This document shows, piece by piece, positions 59,701 through 64,000 of a stretch of DNA of 64,000 nucleotides (position 1 is its first letter; each line of letters starts with the position of its first letter). Below the pieces are notes generated by a model. The model was not told where the DNA came from, searched no databases, and saw only the letters and a list, made by a program, of their open reading frames with translations. The translations under genes and the position numbers were made by a program. The stretch is from Candidatus Zixiibacteriota bacterium (GTDB taxonomy: Bacteria; Zixibacteria; MSB-5A5; GN15; JAAZOE01): positions 1 to 64,000 of the forward strand of contig JBDREQ010000020.1 in NCBI GenBank assembly GCA_043819555.1, in the 5' to 3' direction.

Positions 59701-60600
59701 GCTATTTAAAATGTCTCCGTCGAATCCGCTGAAATTAATCTCGTTTGCAGAAAGTGCCAAACAAGGCGGGGGTGGGTCTAAAACCAAAGTTACAGCTATT
59801 TCCTGTGGCGAATTAGTTGCAGCCGGGTCGCTAACAGTAATAGTACCATTGTGAGTGCCTGCCAGTAAGCCAGTCTGATCAATATCGACCGTTACCGTGG
59901 CCGGACCAGTCCCTGAAGCAGAACTTAGAGTAATCCAGCTGTCAGCTGTGGCGGTCCAGTTTAGCGTAGGGGCGCCGGTATTGGAAATATCAAATGTTTG
60001 CGATGGGGGCGGAGTTCCATCCTGCACGGCGTTAAAATCAAGCGTGACCGGATCCAGAGCTATCGTTGGGCCAGATACCGGTTCTCCAATTGTAATCGTC
60101 CCTGTTTTGAACTGTGGTACAAAAGTAGATCCGCCGGTTAAAGCTAATATAAATGGCGAAGATTCATTGTATGAAGTGGAATCCAGAGTGATTACTTGAT
60201 CTGCTGCCCCGGGTGCTGGGGTAAACCAAACAGTAAAAATATTTCCCGTTCCAGGCTGCAAATACGCTTCGAATATGATAATTGCCCCGACCTGGAATTT
60301 TTGGTTAACATTGTCGATTTCTGAAGGCTTATTGCCAACATAATCGATTCGTGAACCGCCAAAAGTAACCGAGTCGCATGTAATGTCGGGAGAATCCCAT
60401 ATGAATGGCATACCGAAACCGCCCAGTTCTTCATCATTATAAAGTTCGATTGGAACGGAAAAAGGATCGGTGCTTCCGGATGGAATACTTACCGATTCGA
60501 CCCAAGCCGTATCGGCGATACCAGGATCTGGAACCGCATATACGGACGCGCCGAGGATAAAAACAGCAACTATGACGAATAAAACAATTTTATTCCCCAT
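56800..60600 (-). CDS. Scaffoldin-like secreted protein: about 4 cohesins, about 4 BACON-like domains, a dockerin and a T9SS/FlgD-like C-terminal domain
   Basis: DTAWV..CDSVTFGGSRI, DTLWV..CDSVSFSGSRI, VAGVELHLTY, LAGIELHISFD; repeated N.G..TLNW..W.TL...SG; AADVNLTNTVSVSDV; QNIPNPFNPET..SGIYLY..KKMMLLK. Confidence 0.8.
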   Translation of the reverse strand: MGNKIVLFVIVAVFILGASVYAVPDPGIADTAWVESVSIPSGSTDPFSVPIELYNDEELGGFGMPFIWDSPDITCDSVTFGGSRIDYVGNKPSEIDNVNQKFQVGAIIIFEAYLQPGTGNIFTVWFTPAPGAADQVITLDSTSYNESSPFILALTGGSTFVPQFKTGTITIGEPVSGPTIALDPVTLDFNAVQDGTPPPSQTFDISNTGAPTLNWTATADSWITLSSASGTGPATVTVDIDQTGLLAGTHNGTITVSDPAATNSPQEIAVTLVLDPPPPCLALSANEINFSGFDGDILNSAINVSNCGGPTLNFTITGKDEAWLTINPTSGTGNRTITFFANLTGLTPGNYSDVVTFNADFGTDNAPQDVTINLTVIDDTPAADTLWVSNVMATAGGQVVVELNYQNFVEIGNFNIPLWYNGTGLSCDSVSFSGSRIESWEEHLATIDNDANTVNIEGLRITQPYLATGNGLLAKMYFSIDPSAATQMVPIDSAFIPPAFEFLFIQSDASSRATEFFSGSIDITGLPCFTFPVDTVYFSAELGTTPPPQNFEITNSCYGNLAWSVTDDALWVALAPTSGMSGDFIEFSVNPAGLPEGVHIATATFASNSLVSPTEIPVLFDVYGMPDLALSTNSINFGNTCMGTIVTGDFDISNIGTGAMDWTAIEGTGVTLSATSGSAPATVSFEVNTAELSFGPQQTTITVNADASHSPQVLTLSFNIANCDECAIDIAEVNGPQGLAIGVPVYAYQIAGVAGVELHLTYLNAVLAADSVTSNYMVGATIGYLSDINGNGYIHFIWDNIGNPITVPDGGVLMTLWFTSVGNVGEISPIVWLDGNEIVDEFGNPNLSLGFCNGEVTIIDPLFDISGTVVYYGNDIPIEGVNVDLSGQASGSDITDGAGEYSFVDLEIGGYSITPWLDEDAPGVSVADVIKIRRHIAYVERFNLGYQLIAADVNLTNTVSVSDVISIRRYLAQLGALPGGNWTFIDGAYAITLTNWQLAPRSKNISIVNEDIVVPHFYGIRLGDVNATWSPLTAKPLFSTVEPVTIEIGEAFIHPNDIVTVPIYISDVENLAGIELHISFDGNEVQFTGVNSDILSGTTLNGTDNAFHLIWEDFEAPLNLIGSQAIAELSFRTTGEFGGSSEITISGAELADEAGFNYRLNIINGRLTKSGTTLPAQYSLEQNIPNPFNPETKIMASMRESGEYSLDIYNIMGQKIRTFHGYHEAGIIEFVWNGTDDNGMSVTSGIYLYKFSSGTFKQTKKMMLLK

Positions 60601-60698
60601 CGCCCACCTCCGGTGAAAGATTAACGGTTTTGTCCCCTAAAAAAGGAAGGGGGATTGGCATCCCTGCATGTATTTTTTCTTAAGACATGTCTGCCAAT

Positions 60699-60726
60699 AA
60701 TATAAGGAGGTTTTTTTAAATGTCAA
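60699..60726 (-). promoter_or_regulatory. Sigma70-type promoter of the scaffoldin operon
   Basis: TTGACA-N16-TATATT. Confidence 0.6.
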
Positions 60727-60775
60727 CATGCAAAAGTTTGCGGATGTTGTTAAATAAGATAGGCTTTGGGGAAAA

Positions 60776-61168
60776 TCAATAACTCGATTTCGTTGCGGCC
60801 TTTCGCTTTGACAGGATATGGACCGAAAGTAGAACTACTAATATTCCCAAAGCGTCGGCAAAAAAGTCAAAAATATCTGAAAATCTTCCCGGAATATATG
60901 CCTGATGCAGCTCATCCAGACCCGCGAATAGCAAAGAAATTAAAAATGCACTGCGATATAATTTTTTGGGATTCCGGAATACGGATAGTTTTCCAAGCGA
61001 CCTCAACGCCAGAAATGCAAAAATAGCATATTCAATAAAATGAGCTATTTTATCTATGAATGTAATTTCAAAATTAGGTGGATTAAAATGGGGCACAGAA
61101 GAAATGGTGAGAATAAGCAGTGCAAATAAATAAAAAGGAAAATGATACCGCATAAAATCACTAGACAT
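60776..61168 (-). CDS. VanZ-family membrane protein
   Basis: DKIAHFIEYAI, DELHQAYIPGR.SDIFDFFAD.LG. Confidence 0.85.
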   Translation of the reverse strand: MSSDFMRYHFPFYLFALLILTISSVPHFNPPNFEITFIDKIAHFIEYAIFAFLALRSLGKLSVFRNPKKLYRSAFLISLLFAGLDELHQAYIPGRFSDIFDFFADALGILVVLLSVHILSKRKAATKSSY

Positions 61169-61302
61169 AGTCAGACCCTTATAAATAAAAACGCGGCAAT
61201 TTAATTCAACTTGATCTAAACTACAATACTTTTCGAAGGATATGGACTTGCCAAATAGCCGCGAAATTTGTAACCTGAGGACTAATTATTCCAAATTAAG
61301 GA

Positions 61303-62502
61303 TTGAAGCCGATGGACTCAACAATATTAAGCAGCCCGATTGCGATAATCGTCGTTCTGGCCGGTATCCCTTCATTTTTTTTCTGGTTGGAGAAAAAAAC
61401 CGGTTGGTCGATTTTCAATTATTTTCCCCCGCTGATCTTCATTTATTTGCTTCCGGTTTTACTTTCCAATACCGGAGTAATTCCCAATAAATCGCCGGTT
61501 TATGATTTTATGGGAGCCAATATCCTGCCAATGTTTCTGACAATTATGCTTCTTGATGTGGATATAATGGCTACTATTCGCGTTATGGGTCGCGGTGTCT
61601 TTGTAATGTTGATTGGTACCCTGGGGGTTGTAATTGGAGCTCCCATTGCTTTTTTCATTGTCAAATCAGGCTTGGGAGCCGAGGCCTGGAAAGGATTCGG
61701 AGCCCTGGCTGGAAGCTGGATTGGGGGAACGGGCAATATGCTGGCAGTAGCCCAGATGATTGATCTTGACGATACATCACTTTACTATGGTTATGCCGTC
61801 ATCGCCGATAATGGCGTTTATCTCGTCTGGCTGCCGATAATGCTGGCCTCAAAGAATCTGGCGGGATGGTTCGGCCGATTCACAAAAGTATCCAAAGACC
61901 GTTTGGAACGCATGGAGCGAATGGCCAAAGAAATTTCAAAAGATAAGGGCAAAATGCAAATGCGGCATTTCTTATATCTTATCTTTATCGGATGCGCCGT
62001 GACCGCCCTATCGGCCTGGGTATCTCAAATGATTCCCGAGCTGAAGACTTCGGAAGGCACTACGATTTTCTCCGCTAGTACTTACAAGATTTTGATAGTG
62101 ACAATATTAGGGATCAGTCTTTCATTTACCCGAGCCAGCGGAATTCCGGGCTCGCACGCCTTTTCGATGGCGCTCATATATATGTTCGTCGCCCGCATGG
62201 GCGCTCGCGCCGATTTATCAGGTCTCGATATGTCAGTCCTATGGTTTTTACTGGGAGCTTTTATCTGGATATTCATTCATGGCGGTCTTTTGGTTACGGC
62301 CGCGAGGATTTTTAAAGTCGATGTTCATACCGCCGCAATTGCTTCCGCGGCAAATATCGGTGGAGCCGCATCCGCTCCGATCGTGGCCGCCTATCATAAT
62401 AAGACCCTGGTACCGGTTTCAATCCTAATGGCGATGCTGGGATATGCCGTCGGCAATCCAGCCGCCTTTTTGGCTGCTATGCTTTGTCGGTTGGTTGCCT
62501 GA
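61303..62502 (+). CDS. DUF819 (YjcL-like) multi-pass membrane protein
   Basis: LAGSWIGGTGNMLAV, IASAANIGGAASAPIVAAY, LGYAVGN. Confidence 0.8.
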   Translation: MKPMDSTILSSPIAIIVVLAGIPSFFFWLEKKTGWSIFNYFPPLIFIYLLPVLLSNTGVIPNKSPVYDFMGANILPMFLTIMLLDVDIMATIRVMGRGVFVMLIGTLGVVIGAPIAFFIVKSGLGAEAWKGFGALAGSWIGGTGNMLAVAQMIDLDDTSLYYGYAVIADNGVYLVWLPIMLASKNLAGWFGRFTKVSKDRLERMERMAKEISKDKGKMQMRHFLYLIFIGCAVTALSAWVSQMIPELKTSEGTTIFSASTYKILIVTILGISLSFTRASGIPGSHAFSMALIYMFVARMGARADLSGLDMSVLWFLLGAFIWIFIHGGLLVTAARIFKVDVHTAAIASAANIGGAASAPIVAAYHNKTLVPVSILMAMLGYAVGNPAAFLAAMLCRLVA

Positions 62503-62503
62503 T

Positions 62504-63187
62504 TTAATTTAGTGAGGGGCTAATCGGGCCGGTAATGCACAAACTATCATAGGCCGGAGTCTTGCCAAGAGTAAGATATTGATTAAACAATAGCTGATGT
62601 TTTTCGTTAAATATCGAATTGCCATAATTTAATGGACAATACCACCGCAAATTGGCTCCCTCTCCGACGAAAATTCCGAGACTAGTTCGCCGCACAGTAT
62701 CACTCCATGTTCCTGCTACGCCAAGAGTATCTCCCGGTTCAACCTGTGATGCTTCCAGAACCGCGACATCCTGGACATGATCATAAACAATTGTATATTT
62801 CGCTCCCGGAAGGGCTGTCACACGGATTTCAAAATCGCCTTCTTCAACCGGATTGGCAATAATTTCCGAAATAATTCCCGGCGTTACCGCCTTTACCGCC
62901 GAACCGGGAACAGTAAAATAATCGATATACTGCAATAGTTTATTATCATCAACATATGAACCAAAAGGTCGGAATACAGGCGAGAGGTCAGAAAACGAAA
63001 TATCTCCCATCGTTTTTGTTATGCCATTATATTGGCCGGCAATAATAACCGGAGTTTCTTCAAAAACCGGAGGCGTTGATATAATGGGGTCTTCTTCGTC
63101 GGAACAAGTATTGAGCACCAATCCCGCGGCAAATAAAAAAACAACCAATAGACTTATTTTATTGATTTTTATTCGCATCATTATCAT
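62504..63187 (-). CDS. Probable lipoprotein with degenerate M23/LytM-like fold
   Basis: Signal ending NTC; IDY..PGSAVKAVTPGII, TIVYDHV, V..GDTLGVAG; the zinc-ligand histidines are absent. Confidence 0.55.
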   Translation of the reverse strand: MIMMRIKINKISLLVVFLFAAGLVLNTCSDEEDPIISTPPVFEETPVIIAGQYNGITKTMGDISFSDLSPVFRPFGSYVDDNKLLQYIDYFTVPGSAVKAVTPGIISEIIANPVEEGDFEIRVTALPGAKYTIVYDHVQDVAVLEASQVEPGDTLGVAGTWSDTVRRTSLGIFVGEGANLRWYCPLNYGNSIFNEKHQLLFNQYLTLGKTPAYDSLCITGPISPSLN

Positions 63188-63199
63188 TCTTTCGTCTAA

Positions 63200-64000
63200 T
63201 TATTCTTTACCGGATGATTCGTTATTAACTGCATATTTCCTGTATATCTTAAATGTCTGATCTTCATAAACTTTTTCCCAATGCTTCATAATCGTTTTAA
63301 ATCCATTTTGATTTACGTCACGGCCGCCAATTATGGCAATCTTTATATTATACTTGCGGCAAATGAAATCGACTAATTCCGGTTTGTTTGACGCCATAAA
63401 ATCATTATAATCCTTTAGCATTTCACTAGCGAGTTTTGAATTTAATTGAAAGTATTCTCCGGACAGATGGGCTACCAATGTCCTTACTGGAATATAAGGC
63501 ATAATGAAATTACTGTACGTTATTGTGCTCGCCAGAATATAATCATCAGCCATAACAAAACCTGGCAAATTATTTTTCAGGCCGCCGCCTATTTGCCTGT
63601 AATTTAAGTAATTGGACTTCTCGTTTTCCAGATAATCAAAAGAGCGATATAAATGTTCGCCAATGCCATACAGTACAAAGGCAACGATAATGCCCTGGGC
63701 GACCAGCTTCAATTTTATTGATTCGCGCAAATACTTAATCATATAAGCCGTCAATACAAGACCAAAAAGGAAAAATATCCTGGGGCCGTATTGATAGACG
63801 TTGTAATGGTATGATGTAAATAAATAAGCTATCAGGAAAACGAATATAAAGAAATGGATTGAATTCGATTTTCGAATTCCCATGACCCCGGTTATGAATA
63901 TCGCCAGTGTGATGAATACCTGCCAATGAGTTATTTGACCATCAACAGGATACAATAAATATCCAATGAATTGTTTAAGCCAGTCCGGGTCAGGCCAGCC
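63200..64000 (-). CDS. Multi-pass membrane protein with soluble C-terminal domain, 5'-truncated
   Basis: Frame open to the window edge; several TM helices then KYNIKIAII..KVYEDQTFKIY, reminiscent of GT-C-type membrane proteins. Confidence 0.5.
   Translation of the reverse strand, partial: GWPDPDWLKQFIGYLLYPVDGQITHWQVFITLAIFITGVMGIRKSNSIHFFIFVFLIAYLFTSYHYNVYQYGPRIFFLFGLVLTAYMIKYLRESIKLKLVAQGIIVAFVLYGIGEHLYRSFDYLENEKSNYLNYRQIGGGLKNNLPGFVMADDYILASTITYSNFIMPYIPVRTLVAHLSGEYFQLNSKLASEMLKDYNDFMASNKPELVDFICRKYNIKIAIIGGRDVNQNGFKTIMKHWEKVYEDQTFKIYRKYAVNNESSGKE

Overview
Bacterial chromosomal window of moderate GC with no CRISPR array, transposase or phage genes that I can recognise. The repeated dockerin motif CGDANxDxxxNVGDAVxxINHxFKGGPxP, the cohesin domains and the QNxPNPFNP C-terminal sorting domains suggest an FCB-group organism such as Ca. 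Zixibacteria; this is an inference. In order, the window holds: a partial membrane dipeptidase; a 0.9 kb palindrome/repeat-rich intergenic region; a CusCBA-type Cu/Ag efflux operon with a divergent sigma54 two-component system; an SDR/DUF2867 protein; a NapC/NirT-type multiheme cytochrome; an alpha/beta-hydrolase-TPR protein; a Tat-signal aldo-keto reductase; a trpE-G-D-C-F-B-A-aroH-aroF-tyrA operon; a frameshifted dockerin protein with a C-terminal HExxH domain followed by a HEAT-repeat gene; a Gld-type ABC system; an M43 protease-dockerin; an MBL hydrolase; an M16 peptidase pair; MacA/MacB-like genes; a cohesin/FG-GAP/dockerin protein; pilT with an MshEN-type multidomain protein; tRNA-Gln(CTG); and two cohesin proteins, one a multi-cohesin scaffoldin-like protein. 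The strongest finding is two complete leader-peptide attenuators in tandem upstream of trpE, both missed by the ORF track. Each has a WWW leader rich in Tyr/Phe, its own antiterminator segment and its own intrinsic terminator. The second highlight is a cellulosome-like cohesin-dockerin system whose cargo is proteases, adhesin-like domains and a possible toxin rather than glycoside hydrolases. All family assignments are from motif recognition by eye, not database searches.
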